Shown: positions 18,054 to 26,932 of the stretch, one piece after another
Numbering within the stretch: the stretch's first letter is position 1
How the letters are laid out: every line of letters starts with the position of its first letter
DNA from: Deferribacterales bacterium
GTDB taxonomy: Bacteria > Chrysiogenota > Deferribacteres > Deferribacterales > Geovibrionaceae
Length of the DNA stretch: 40,621 nt
Assembly: GCA_050253335.1 (NCBI GenBank)
Contig: JBFWJG010000017.1
Location: 1-40,621, forward strand
Direction: 5' to 3'
Translations under genes and position numbers: made by a program
The notes under the pieces: generated by a model
Database searches by the model: none
What the model was told of the DNA's origin: nothing
Seen by the model: only the letters and a program-made list of their open reading frames with translations

Positions 18054-18148
18054 AAATCCCCCTCAGTCCCCCTTTAAAAAAGGGGGAAGCTATTGCAGAT
18101 AAAGGCAAAAAACACCCTCCTTTCCTAAAAGAGGGCGGGGGAGGATTT
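18054..18148 (+). repeat. Family-A 95-bp MITE/REP-like element, copy 1
   Basis: AAATCCCCC...CCCCCTTT-AA-AAAGGGGG-type hairpin...CCCTCCTTT-N3-AAAAGAGGG hairpin...GGGGAGGATTT; the ends are imperfect inverted repeats. Confidence 0.85.
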
Positions 18149-18214
18149 ATGTAGACATATTTTTTTCAGCTTTTGAAATAAACATGTAGTTGAATCACTC
18201 TATATCTGCCGTTC

Positions 18215-18292
18215 GTCACTCTGAACGCCAGTGAAGAGTCTCAACTTCCCGGCAATCTGAGATTCTTCACCCCCTACGGGGTTCAGAATGAC
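18215..18292 (+). repeat. Family-B palindromic element (GTCACTCTGAAC...GTTCAGAATGAC), copy 1
   Basis: Terminal inverted repeats plus the internal pair GTGAAGAGTCTCA / TGAGATTCTTCAC. A second copy is at 34062-34130. Confidence 0.85.
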
Positions 18293-18371
18293 GCTGCTCA
18301 TCTGTCATAACAATCCAAAACCGTACATCCTGCCCTTGTGTTCATGTCGGCAGTCTTTGAACAGCTATTTC

Positions 18372-18466
18372 AAATCCCCCTCAGTCCCCCTTTAAAAAAG
18401 GGGGAAGCTATTGCAGATAAAGGCAAAAAACACCCTCCTTTCCTAAAGGAGGGCAGGGGAGGATTT
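18372..18466 (+). repeat. Family-A 95-bp element, copy 2
   Basis: Nearly identical to 18054-18148. Confidence 0.85.
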
Positions 18467-18487
18467 AAAAAGAAGTCCTGTTTCCGC

Positions 18488-20614
18488 TTATTTCGTTTTC
18501 ATTGTGAGTGAGACTCGTCCGCGATCCTTATCCACGGAGAGAACGCGCACATGAACGTTATCGCCGACGGAGACTATGTCGGACGGGTGTTTCACAAATC
18601 TGTCCGCAAGGTGTGAGATGTGCACGAGGCCGTCATTTTTCAGGCCGAGGTCAACAAACGCGCCGAAATCCACCACGTTGGTCACCTTCCCCTGAAGCGT
18701 CATCCCCTCTTTTATGTCCTCAAGGTTGACCACGCCTTTTTTAAATATAACGGGATCAAGGCTGTCCCTTATATCTCTGTCCGGCCTTTCAAGGTTTTCC
18801 AGAATGTCCTTCATAGTAAATTCGCCGAGCCCTGTTTCATCCGCTATCTTTTTGATATTCTTACTTTTAAGGGCAAGGCGGATAAGCTCCGTATTTCTTA
18901 ATGATATATTCAGCTTATTCAGAAGCGAATATGTGGCCTCGTAGCTTTCCGGGTGTATAAACATTGCGTCCATAGGCTCCTCACCGTCATAAACCTTGAG
19001 GAAACCCGCACACTGGAGGAAGGTCTGCTGGCCTATGCCGTCCACCTCCATAAGCTGTCTGCGGCTCATGAAGCGCCCTATCTTCTCACGAAGTGCCACG
19101 ATCTTCTCAGCGGTGCTTTTTGTGAGCCCCGCCACATACTGGAGCAGTGAAGGGCTTGCAGTGTTGAGATCCACACCGACGCTGTTCACCACATCCTCAA
19201 CAACGTTTTCAAGGCTTTCACCGAGCTTTTTCGGGTTAACGTCATGCTGATACATCCCGACGCCTATTGAGCGCGGCTCTATCTTAACAAGCTCGCTGAG
19301 CGGGTCTATAACCCTTCTGGCGATTGAGATTGCGCCTCTGATGGTGACATCAAGCTCCGGAAATTCCTTCGCCGCAACCTCGCCCGCCGAGTAAACCGAT
19401 GCGCCCGCCTCGCTGACGATGGTATATGTTATTTTAAGTTCTTTATCTTTAATGAGTTCCGCCACAAACTCCTCGGTTTCACGGCTGGCTGTGCCGTTGC
19501 CGATCGCAACTGCCGTCACGCCGCATTTCTCCATGGATTTAAGGAAAAGCCTGCGGCTCCCTTCCACATCCTCCTGCGGTTTGGTGGGGTACATCACCCC
19601 CCAGTCCAGAAGCCTGCCCGTTTCGTCCACAACGGCGAACTTGCAGCCCGTTCTGTATGCTGGGTCTATTCCCATTATCACCTTGCCCTTAACCTTAGGC
19701 GTGAGGAGCAGACTTTTAAGGTTTTTCGCGAAAACATCTATGGCTTTGAGCTCTGCCTCGTCCCTCAGAGTGGAGCGGAGGTCAAGCTCGGCGGAAACGC
19801 TGATCGTTTTTTTGAGGGCAGTATTTGCGCATTTCAGGGTGATGCTGTTCAGCTTCATCCCCTTCTGGGCGGAAATCCCTGTTACAGCCGCAAGACAAAG
19901 CTCCTCATCGGGATTGAGCTTCACTTTGAGAACCTTTTCCCTCTCCCCCCTGAAAATGGCAAGAACCCTGTGGGGCGGCAGTGTGGTTATCTTCTCTTCA
20001 TATTCGTAGTAGTCCTCATAGGATGTTCTTTCCGTAACCTCTTTGCGCTTCTCGCAGGAGACAACCGTGGTGGAGGAATAAAGCTCGCGGATTCTGGTTC
20101 TCACATCAGGATCACGCCCTATGTCTTCGGTGATAATATCCGTTGCCATCTCTATGGCTGCGGGAACGTCCGCAACGGCCTCGTTTATGTATTTCGCCGC
20201 TTCCGCCTCAAGGCCTTTTAAGTCCTCCGCGGTTCTTATATAATCCGCCAGAGGAAGAAGCCCCGCCTCGCGGGCTATGTCCCCTTTGGTTTTGCGTTTT
20301 GATTTGTACGGAGCGTACAGGTCTTCCACATCCTTGAGGGTTTCTGCGGCGCGGATAGCCTTTTCAAGCTCCGGCGTGAGCTTTTCACGCTCTCTTATGG
20401 CCTCGATGACTTCTTCCTTTCTCTTTTCGAGGTTCACTATGTATTCGTATCTTTCGATAACCGCCCTTATCTCCTCCGCTTCCATACCGCCAGTCATTTC
20501 TTTTCTGTAGCGGGCGATGAACGGAACCGTGTTACCTTCGAGGTGAAGCTCGATAAGGTTTTTCACATTGCTGAGTCTGAGCGAAAATTCATTTGCAACT
20601 TTTTCGATGAACAT
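18488..20614 (-). CDS. tex: Tex family transcription accessory protein (YqgF-like, HhH and S1 domains)
   Basis: GNTVPFIARYRKE, LEDLY.PYK-like KDVEDLYAPYK, GIDPAYRTGCK, AIGNGTASRET, SEAGASVYSA, IGVGMYQHD, C-terminal S1 domain (NVVDFGAFVDLG...GLVHIS). Confidence 0.96.
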   Translation of the reverse strand: MFIEKVANEFSLRLSNVKNLIELHLEGNTVPFIARYRKEMTGGMEAEEIRAVIERYEYIVNLEKRKEEVIEAIREREKLTPELEKAIRAAETLKDVEDLYAPYKSKRKTKGDIAREAGLLPLADYIRTAEDLKGLEAEAAKYINEAVADVPAAIEMATDIITEDIGRDPDVRTRIRELYSSTTVVSCEKRKEVTERTSYEDYYEYEEKITTLPPHRVLAIFRGEREKVLKVKLNPDEELCLAAVTGISAQKGMKLNSITLKCANTALKKTISVSAELDLRSTLRDEAELKAIDVFAKNLKSLLLTPKVKGKVIMGIDPAYRTGCKFAVVDETGRLLDWGVMYPTKPQEDVEGSRRLFLKSMEKCGVTAVAIGNGTASRETEEFVAELIKDKELKITYTIVSEAGASVYSAGEVAAKEFPELDVTIRGAISIARRVIDPLSELVKIEPRSIGVGMYQHDVNPKKLGESLENVVEDVVNSVGVDLNTASPSLLQYVAGLTKSTAEKIVALREKIGRFMSRRQLMEVDGIGQQTFLQCAGFLKVYDGEEPMDAMFIHPESYEATYSLLNKLNISLRNTELIRLALKSKNIKKIADETGLGEFTMKDILENLERPDRDIRDSLDPVIFKKGVVNLEDIKEGMTLQGKVTNVVDFGAFVDLGLKNDGLVHISHLADRFVKHPSDIVSVGDNVHVRVLSVDKDRGRVSLTMKTK

Positions 20615-20636
20615 ATTCTACCTTTAAATAAATTTT

Positions 20637-21539
20637 TTATACCCACAGCAGCAGGTAATACCATGCCGCAGCGGTGATGAAGGAAAGAGGTATGCCTACC
20701 CCGACCATAAGTGCCGTAAGTGGTCTGTCGAGATCGTTTTCCGCCGCGATTATGCTCGCTGTGATCATGGGCGCCATGGCCGCCTCGAAAACAGTGACCT
20801 GAATGGCCTGCCCGCGGGCTCCGAACACAAGAACATACAGCAGGAATATGACAAGCGGAGCTATAATTAGTTTATAAAAAAGACCTAAACTCAGCCTGCC
20901 GTATGCGGTTTTTATATCCCCCAAGTGAAGCTGAAACCCCACTGAGGCGAGAGCCAGAGGTGTTATGGTTGCTCCCAGAGCACGGAGGAAGTCTATGAAC
21001 CAGGGGGGGAAAACCACAGGCTTGAGTATCAGTGCCAGCGCCATAGCCTGAAACGGGGGAAACATCAGCACTTTCTGTACTATTTCCCATGAGCTTACCC
21101 TGCCTGAGGCATATTTTGCCGCAACCATTATTCCCAGTGTGGAGAGAACAAAGAACGAGCCCTGATCGCACAGAACGCCTATGCCGATAAGCTCCTCGCC
21201 GTAAAAGGCGTTTATCATGGGAAAGCCCACGAACGAGGTGTTCCCAAGACCGCCGGAAAGCATAAGACAGCCGATGGTTTTGTCATTCAGCTTTAGCATT
21301 TTTCCGACAATGAGAAAAAAACCGGCGCCGAAAGCGAATACAATAATCCCCATGAGAGCGGGAAATATAAGATCCGAGCTGAATTCAAGCTGGTGGATAT
21401 AAAGCAGTGTAACGGCAGGGAATGTTATGTTGATGATGAACTGGTTCAGAACATTTGCCGTTCCCGAAGGGAAGCGTCCTGAACGCTTCATCACGATTCC
21501 CATGATGAAGCTGTAGAGCATTACAAGCATATTCACCAT
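20637..21539 (-). CDS. AEC (auxin efflux carrier) family transporter
   Basis: About 10 hydrophobic helices; GLGNTSFVGFPMI..FYG, FPPFQA, TITPLAL, EAAMAPM. Confidence 0.88.
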   Translation of the reverse strand: MVNMLVMLYSFIMGIVMKRSGRFPSGTANVLNQFIINITFPAVTLLYIHQLEFSSDLIFPALMGIIVFAFGAGFFLIVGKMLKLNDKTIGCLMLSGGLGNTSFVGFPMINAFYGEELIGIGVLCDQGSFFVLSTLGIMVAAKYASGRVSSWEIVQKVLMFPPFQAMALALILKPVVFPPWFIDFLRALGATITPLALASVGFQLHLGDIKTAYGRLSLGLFYKLIIAPLVIFLLYVLVFGARGQAIQVTVFEAAMAPMITASIIAAENDLDRPLTALMVGVGIPLSFITAAAWYYLLLWV

Positions 21540-21551
21540 ATCAGAGCCCGC

Positions 21552-22358
21552 TTACAGGTCGAAATCCGCCCAGACCGGGCAGTGATCAGACGGGGAGTCC
21601 ATCCCCCTTGTTTTGTAATCTATCCCTGCGCCAACCGTAAATCCTGCCAGAGCGGGGCTCACAAGCACAGTATCTATACGCAGACCGCGTTTCGGTTCAC
21701 GCTCGAAGCCTTTGCTTCTGTAGTCAAACCATGAGAAAAGCTCAGCGGATTCAGGATGGATTATGCGGTAGCTGTCCTGCATTCCGAGGGAGAAAAACAT
21801 ACTCATCCACTCCCTTTCCTCCGGAAGAAAACAGCACTTGCCCTCTTTCAGCCATCTTTTCATGCTGTCAGCGCCTATGCCGACATCCAAGTCCGTGTAA
21901 GCCACATTAAAATCACCCGCAAGGGCGTAAAGATCAGTCTCTTTGAAGTTTGTTTTTATATACTCCGCCACTCCGGCGTAAAATTCGCGCTTCATGGTGA
22001 ATTTTCTTTCGGTGTCCCTGCTCTCTCCCTGCGGGAAATAGCAGTTGATTACACTCAGCATCCCCTTAGGCGTTTCAAAGCGGCACATTATAAAACGCTT
22101 CTGCTCACCTTCCGCCTTCAGCCCCTTTTCAACATAAACAGGCTTCTGTCCGGAGAGAACGGCAACCCCGTAATGGGTTTTCTGTCCGTAGCATTCGCTG
22201 TGAAACCCCATACCTGCGAACTCTGAAACAGGAAAAAACTCATCCTCGGTCTTGGTTTCCTGAAGCGCAATAATGTCCGCACCGTTTGCCGAAGCAAAGG
22301 CCGCAACGTGCGCCGTTCTTTTCCTGACACTGTTCACATTGAATGAGACTAATTTCAT
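21552..22358 (-). CDS. xth: Exodeoxyribonuclease III (AP endonuclease)
   Basis: SFNVNS, LQETK, YGVA, YFPQG, GDFNVA, FSWFDYR, GLRID, SDHCP. ATG at 22358 chosen for its spacing from AAGGA. Confidence 0.95.
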   Translation of the reverse strand: MKLVSFNVNSVRKRTAHVAAFASANGADIIALQETKTEDEFFPVSEFAGMGFHSECYGQKTHYGVAVLSGQKPVYVEKGLKAEGEQKRFIMCRFETPKGMLSVINCYFPQGESRDTERKFTMKREFYAGVAEYIKTNFKETDLYALAGDFNVAYTDLDVGIGADSMKRWLKEGKCCFLPEEREWMSMFFSLGMQDSYRIIHPESAELFSWFDYRSKGFEREPKRGLRIDTVLVSPALAGFTVGAGIDYKTRGMDSPSDHCPVWADFDL

Positions 22359-22462
22359 AATCACTTCCTTAATTTCAGCTTTTCAGTTTACTAAATTTTG
22401 CCCATTATAATCAAGAGCGGTGTTTGAATTTGTGGTATAATAAAATTTGCCAAAGAGGGGAT

Positions 22463-22990
22463 ATGAAGATACTTTACTTTCCGGGACTTGCCCATGTTGT
22501 TGAAAAATCAGTAAATACAAAGAACAGCCTGAAATATATCCACCTCGCCGGCCGCTTCCATGTTGACATCTACCCATACAGCCGCACACCTGAACTCAGC
22601 GATATAAAAGGTTATGACGCCCTTGTGGGCTCATCATTCGGGGGGTATTTCGCTCTCAACATGGCGGCACGGAAAAACATAACAGGAATCGCCGTTAACC
22701 CGTCATTCTATCTGGACAAGCGAATACGGATGCTGAAAGTCACAGGAGACGGGCTGGATCACATTGACGAGGACAGGCTCATAACTCTGAAATGCGCCGA
22801 ATCACTGAAAAAAAACGGAAACATGCTTCATGTTTTTATGAATATGGATGATGATGTGATTGAGCCTTCGGGGATAAAAAGAGCGTGCACTGAACACGGA
22901 ATAAATTTTTATCAGTTCGACAGCGGCGGTCACGAAGCCCATAACTTCGAAAAGGATATGATGCCCGTAATAATGGAGATTCTGAGATAA
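22463..22990 (+). CDS. YqiA/YcfP-like alpha/beta hydrolase (putative esterase)
   Basis: ILYFPG, nucleophile elbow GSSFGG, VNPS, DDVI (Asp), GGH (His). ATG at 22463 follows AGAGGGG. Confidence 0.8.
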   Translation: MKILYFPGLAHVVEKSVNTKNSLKYIHLAGRFHVDIYPYSRTPELSDIKGYDALVGSSFGGYFALNMAARKNITGIAVNPSFYLDKRIRMLKVTGDGLDHIDEDRLITLKCAESLKKNGNMLHVFMNMDDDVIEPSGIKRACTEHGINFYQFDSGGHEAHNFEKDMMPVIMEILR

Positions 22991-23145
22991 CAACCCCAAG
23001 GAAGGGGTTGCGCCGTGCGGAGCGAAGCCTTGCTTTGCAAGGCGCGAGCGTGTATTCAAAATTTCCATGGATGGTAAATTTTGAATTATCAGAACAAGAT
23101 GCTGCGCCGTGCGGAGCGAAGTCTTCCTTTGCAAGGCGCGGGCGG
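22991..23145 (+). repeat. Family-C three-hairpin GGA-loop element (22991-23085) plus a degenerate second copy
   Basis: CAACCCC-AAGGAA-GGGGTTG, CGCCGTGCGGAGCGAA, GCCTTGC-TTT-GCAAGGC, GCGAGCGTGTA, TTCAAAATTTCC-ATGGAT-GGTAAATTTTGAA. The core recurs at about 23104-23145. Confidence 0.85.
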
Positions 23146-23153
23146 TTCCTAAC

Positions 23154-23248
23154 AAATCCTTGCCCGCCCTCCTTTATCAAAGGAGGGCATTTTTGCTTTT
23201 AACCGCAACAGCTTCCCCCTTTTTCAAAGGGGGACCGGAGGGGGATTT
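23154..23248 (-). repeat. Family-A 95-bp element, copy 3 (reverse orientation)
   Basis: Reverse complement reads AAATCCCCCTCCGGTCCCCCTTTGAAAAAGGGGGAAGCT...CCCTCCTTTGATAAAGGAGGGCGGGCAAGGATTT. Confidence 0.85.
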
Positions 23249-23277
23249 AAGACATCCTTAGTCACCCCTCTCCTAAG

Positions 23278-24981
23278 CTAAAACTTCACAACCTTAGGCG
23301 TGTTTTTCGCAAATTGCGGCATTGTCATTCCGGCTTTTGCGTTTATGTATGTCGGGTCAGTGACAGTATAGCGTTTGCCTTCAAATGTCACATAATCGCC
23401 TTTCACGTTTGATTTAAAAGCTACAGCCGCCGCTATGTGCCCCGGATAATCCAGAAACACAGCATCCAGTCCGAGAAGCTGTTTCACCAGATAAGTGAAG
23501 AGTATGCTCCTGTCCTCGCAGTCTGAGTAAGGGTAGTAGATTGTTTCCATGGCAAAGAGGAATTTCTCCCGTCCGAACTGCTGATCATCCGTTGCATATT
23601 TAAACGCTGTCTGAACGAACTTGAGAAGGATATTCACGGCCTCCTCATCACTTTTGCCTTTTATAATGGGCGCAAGCTGAGTAAGAAGCGGCTTGCCTGC
23701 CCAGTCGGGAAGTCCGGCCTCTCCGTAAAGATTCACATCTGTCTGCGGATGATATTTCAGATAAACTATATCGTTCATATTATAAGGAACTTTTATACTG
23801 AAAGACTGCCCGCCGTAGCTGAAGCTGAGCTCTCTCTCGGAAATTTTTCTGCCGAAGTCAGGATAATCCGCCATGCGGAAGTCCATGGCTCTGTCCGCCT
23901 TGGGGTAGCTTTTTTCATAAGTGTACACACTGCCGAGATTTTTAATGAACCCGTCAGCGGAAACAGCGTAGTATCTCTTATCGTTAAGCGTGAAGAATGA
24001 GACTCCGTAAAGCTTTGTGCTTGCGGGAACAAGAAGGTACACATTGCTTTTGTCGTATGCGGTTCTTGTTTCATAGCCTGCTTTGCTGAGGATGAACCAT
24101 GTGAGCAGAACCTTTCCGTTCCTATCCGCCGCTATTTTTCCGGAAGCCTCGCTCACAAGGAGGATGAACCCCCAGTCAGTCATTTTAAGCTCTTTTCTGT
24201 ATTTAAGAAGGTTGTTAACCAAAGGCTCGTAGTCCGAAAGAGCCGCCTTCTCCCAGAATTCACCCAGCTTCTTCCCGTTAAGAGGCTCTTCCGCTCCAAG
24301 CTGAAGTTTGGGGTCATAGCCGACTTTAACAGGACTGCCGAAGAAAACAAATTCCAGCGCTCTCCCTTTTATCACCGGAGGAGCCACTACAACCGGCTCG
24401 GGAACCGGAACAGGCACAGGCTGAGGAATCACCGTAACTTCGGGTAAAGGCTTCAGCTGAGGTTTGGGCTCAGGCTTCACCACAGGTGCGGGAACAGGCT
24501 CAGGCTTGGGTTCAGGCTTAGCCACAGGCGCAGGAGCAGGCTCGGGCTTGGGTTCAGGCTTCACCACAGGCGCGGGAGCAGGCTCGGGCTTGGGCTCAGG
24601 CTTCACCACAGGCGCGGGAGCAGGCTCGGGCTTCACCACTGGCGAGGGGGGCATGGGGGGCAGGGGTTTGACAGGTTCCGGAACGATTATCGGCTTGGGC
24701 TGTACAGGTTTTGCAACAGGAAGCGGAGCTTTTTCCTCACTGGGCGGCGCCACAGGTATTTTTATCGGCTTGGGCTCGTCAATCTGCTTAACCGGTTCCT
24801 CTGTCTCGACGCGGATCCACATCTCTTTCAGAAAGGCGGTAAATTCCTTATCCCTTTCATCCTTAAACTGCTGGAACTCGTCCATCTGTGATTTCATATA
24901 TTCTTCAAATGTTTCAGCATTTATCACTGAGAAAGTGGAAAACACCGTGAGAATTATCAAAGCCGTTCTGCCGAAGCGCAT
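23278..24981 (-). CDS. Exported protein with a Pro-rich repeat linker and a transglutaminase-like C-terminal domain
   Basis: Signal peptide; helical N-terminus; PEPKPEPAPAPVVK repeats; C-terminal YPYSDCEDRS (Cys), YPGHIA (His), TDPTY (Asp). Confidence 0.75.
   Translation of the reverse strand: MRFGRTALIILTVFSTFSVINAETFEEYMKSQMDEFQQFKDERDKEFTAFLKEMWIRVETEEPVKQIDEPKPIKIPVAPPSEEKAPLPVAKPVQPKPIIVPEPVKPLPPMPPSPVVKPEPAPAPVVKPEPKPEPAPAPVVKPEPKPEPAPAPVAKPEPKPEPVPAPVVKPEPKPQLKPLPEVTVIPQPVPVPVPEPVVVAPPVIKGRALEFVFFGSPVKVGYDPKLQLGAEEPLNGKKLGEFWEKAALSDYEPLVNNLLKYRKELKMTDWGFILLVSEASGKIAADRNGKVLLTWFILSKAGYETRTAYDKSNVYLLVPASTKLYGVSFFTLNDKRYYAVSADGFIKNLGSVYTYEKSYPKADRAMDFRMADYPDFGRKISERELSFSYGGQSFSIKVPYNMNDIVYLKYHPQTDVNLYGEAGLPDWAGKPLLTQLAPIIKGKSDEEAVNILLKFVQTAFKYATDDQQFGREKFLFAMETIYYPYSDCEDRSILFTYLVKQLLGLDAVFLDYPGHIAAAVAFKSNVKGDYVTFEGKRYTVTDPTYINAKAGMTMPQFAKNTPKVVKF
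24473..24642 (-). repeat. 42-bp coding tandem repeat (about 3.7 copies, 14 aa unit EPKPEPAPAPVVKP)
   Basis: On the + strand the unit GGCTTCACCACAGGCGCGGGAGCAGGCTCGGGCTTGGGTTCA and variants start at 24473, 24515, 24557 and 24599. Confidence 0.9.
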
Positions 24982-25073
24982 AGTCTCCTCCTGAACATCA
25001 AGAAACCTTGGTACAAAAATATTATACAGCTAAAATAATGCTTTGGTCACACAAATGTACAGGTAAAAGGAAC

Positions 25074-25105
25074 AAAAAGGCGCCCCCGGAAAACGGGAGC
25101 GCCTT
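25074..25105 (-). terminator. Rho-independent terminator after greA
   Basis: GC-rich hairpin (+ strand AAGGCGCCCCCG-GAAAA-CGGGAGCGCCTT) ending in a T-run on the minus strand, about 11 nt after the greA stop. Confidence 0.75.
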
Positions 25106-25116
25106 ATTTTGAGAAT

Positions 25117-25590
25117 TTATTTGAAGGATATTTCGATGATTTCGTATTCGATTTCGCCGCCGGGAGCCTGAACTATGGTCTCATCGCCGACTTTTTTATT
25201 CACAAGAGCTCTTGCGAGGGGGGAGAGAATAGAGATTGTGCCGCTGCTGATGTCAGCTTCGTCGGGTCCGACAATCTTGTAGGTTTTTCTCTCTTCCGTA
25301 TCAATATTTTCCACTGTAACGGTGGCACCGAAAATAACCTTTTCGGAGGTCAGGGAGGTAATATCTATAATGTCGAATCTGCCGATCTTGCCTTCAAGTT
25401 CGGCTATCCGCGCCTCTATCATTCCCTGCCTTTCCTTCGCGGCATCATATTCGGCGTTTTCGCTCAGGTCGCCGTGACTTCTCGCCTCGGCAATGGCTTC
25501 AACCGCCTCTTTTCTTTCAGTCGTCTTGAGCCTTTCCAGCTCTTTTTTAATCTTCTGAAACCCTTCTTTTGTTATCGGGATTCTTTCCAT
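25117..25590 (-). CDS. greA: Transcription elongation factor GreA
   Basis: MERIPITKEG, EARSHGDLSENAEYDAAK, YKIVGPDEAD, ISILSPLARAL. True start at 25590 after GGAGG; the listed ORF is over-extended. Confidence 0.96.
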   Translation of the reverse strand: MERIPITKEGFQKIKKELERLKTTERKEAVEAIAEARSHGDLSENAEYDAAKERQGMIEARIAELEGKIGRFDIIDITSLTSEKVIFGATVTVENIDTEERKTYKIVGPDEADISSGTISILSPLARALVNKKVGDETIVQAPGGEIEYEIIEISFK

Positions 25591-26932
25591 TGACATCCTC
25601 CGAAAGTTTCCTGCCGGTGACGAAGGTGTTAATATAGCCGTCATTGAATCTAATTTCAAGTTCATCTTCTAGATGGACGTCTTTTGCCTTCCTGACCAAC
25701 CTGCTGTTTATGCTTACCAGCGCATAGCCTCTTTCCAGAGCCTTTTCGGGGCTGACCCCGCCGAGCCTCGCGCTGAGGAGCTCGAGTTTCTGTTTATTTT
25801 CCTTCAGTGCGTCCAGCGAGAGAGCTTTAAGCATCCTCACCGCGCTGTCCGTTCTGTTTCTCATCCTTTCCACACGTATTCCCGGGTGGTGTTTCCTTAT
25901 CACTCCGGCGCAGGTGTCCAGCTTTCTGGAAACACCGAAAAGCCTCTCCTTCATCTTAGAGGCTATTTTCTGCTCACGCACGCCAAGCATATTTTTAAGA
26001 GAGGCTATCTTAGCCGCCGGAGATGAAGCCCCGAGCCTGCGCCCCAGAAAGTCCATCCGCTGATTCAGGCGGTTGAGCCTGTTCTCCATGAAGGAGCCTA
26101 GCCTGTCGCGGTAGACCGCGAGTTCTTTCTCCCTGACAGCGTAGCCTTCGGAAAGTTTGACCGCGGCCGCTGTGGGCGTGGCCACTCTCAAATCCGCCGT
26201 GAAGTCGCATATGGAGAAATCTCTCTCATGCCCGACAGCGGAAATACAGGGAACCTTCGTTGCCGCAACGGCTCTGGCCACGTTCTCCTCGCTGAAAACC
26301 GCCAAGTCCTCAAGCGAGCCGCCGCCGCGCATAAGCACAACAGCGTCATAAACCTGCGTGAGGCTTCCGGCCGTGTTCAGAGCCTTTATAATGGGAAGCG
26401 CCGCTTCCTTGCCCTGCACAGGCACTGGCCAGATGTCTATCACAAACCTGCCGCCGGTTTTTTTGGCGGTGGTTATAAAATCCGTAACAGCCGCACCCGT
26501 GGGTGAGGTTATGAGAGCTATGCGCTCCGGCAGTTCGGGAACCCTTTTCTTGCGGGCTTCGTCAAAGAGGCCTTCAGCCTCGAGCCTGCGTTTTGTTTCT
26601 TCAAACTTCTGCCAGAAAAGACCCACTGAGTCATACTCAATTTTGCGGGCTATGATCTGGTAGGCGCCGTCGGATTCGTAGAGTTTGAGCTCTCCGGTGA
26701 CTTCAACGGAATCGCCGTTTTTGGGCACATATGAGCGGGAGGATGAAGCGGCGTTTTTAAACATCGCCACTCTGATCTTCGCTTTGTCATCCTTCAGCGA
26801 GAAATAGACATGCCCTCTGGGGGAAACGGAAAAACCGGTTATCTCCCCGCTGATGGTGACTGTCTCCCTGAAAGTGCCCTCAAGGAGATTTTTAATTGCT
26901 TCGGTTATCTCCGTTACTGTGAATCTTTTCAT
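25547..26932 (-). CDS. xseA: Exodeoxyribonuclease VII large subunit
   Basis: GHVYFSLKD OB fold, ITSPTGAA..D, VQG, RGGGSLEDL..F, SAVGHERD, ATPTAAA, LERGYA. Confidence 0.96.
   Translation of the reverse strand: MKRFTVTEITEAIKNLLEGTFRETVTISGEITGFSVSPRGHVYFSLKDDKAKIRVAMFKNAASSSRSYVPKNGDSVEVTGELKLYESDGAYQIIARKIEYDSVGLFWQKFEETKRRLEAEGLFDEARKKRVPELPERIALITSPTGAAVTDFITTAKKTGGRFVIDIWPVPVQGKEAALPIIKALNTAGSLTQVYDAVVLMRGGGSLEDLAVFSEENVARAVAATKVPCISAVGHERDFSICDFTADLRVATPTAAAVKLSEGYAVREKELAVYRDRLGSFMENRLNRLNQRMDFLGRRLGASSPAAKIASLKNMLGVREQKIASKMKERLFGVSRKLDTCAGVIRKHHPGIRVERMRNRTDSAVRMLKALSLDALKENKQKLELLSARLGGVSPEKALERGYALVSINSRLVRKAKDVHLEDELEIRFNDGYINTFVTGRKLSEDVNGKNPDNKRRVSED

Larger units (their letters stand above)
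17999..18467. repeat. Intergenic mosaic: two ~151-bp direct repeats (17999-18149, 18317-18467), each with a family-A element, flanking a family-B element
   Basis: The two copies align at an offset of 318 bp, with the 3' ~100 bp nearly identical. They lie between the convergent FeoA and tex genes. Confidence 0.92.

Noticed and set aside
22991..23085. Hammerhead ribozyme or tRNA identity for family C
   Set aside because: It lacks the CUGANGA/GAAA core and any cloverleaf or T-loop signature.
25591..25665. N-terminal extension of GreA
   Set aside because: The extension lies inside xseA. The RBS and family alignment support the start at 25590.
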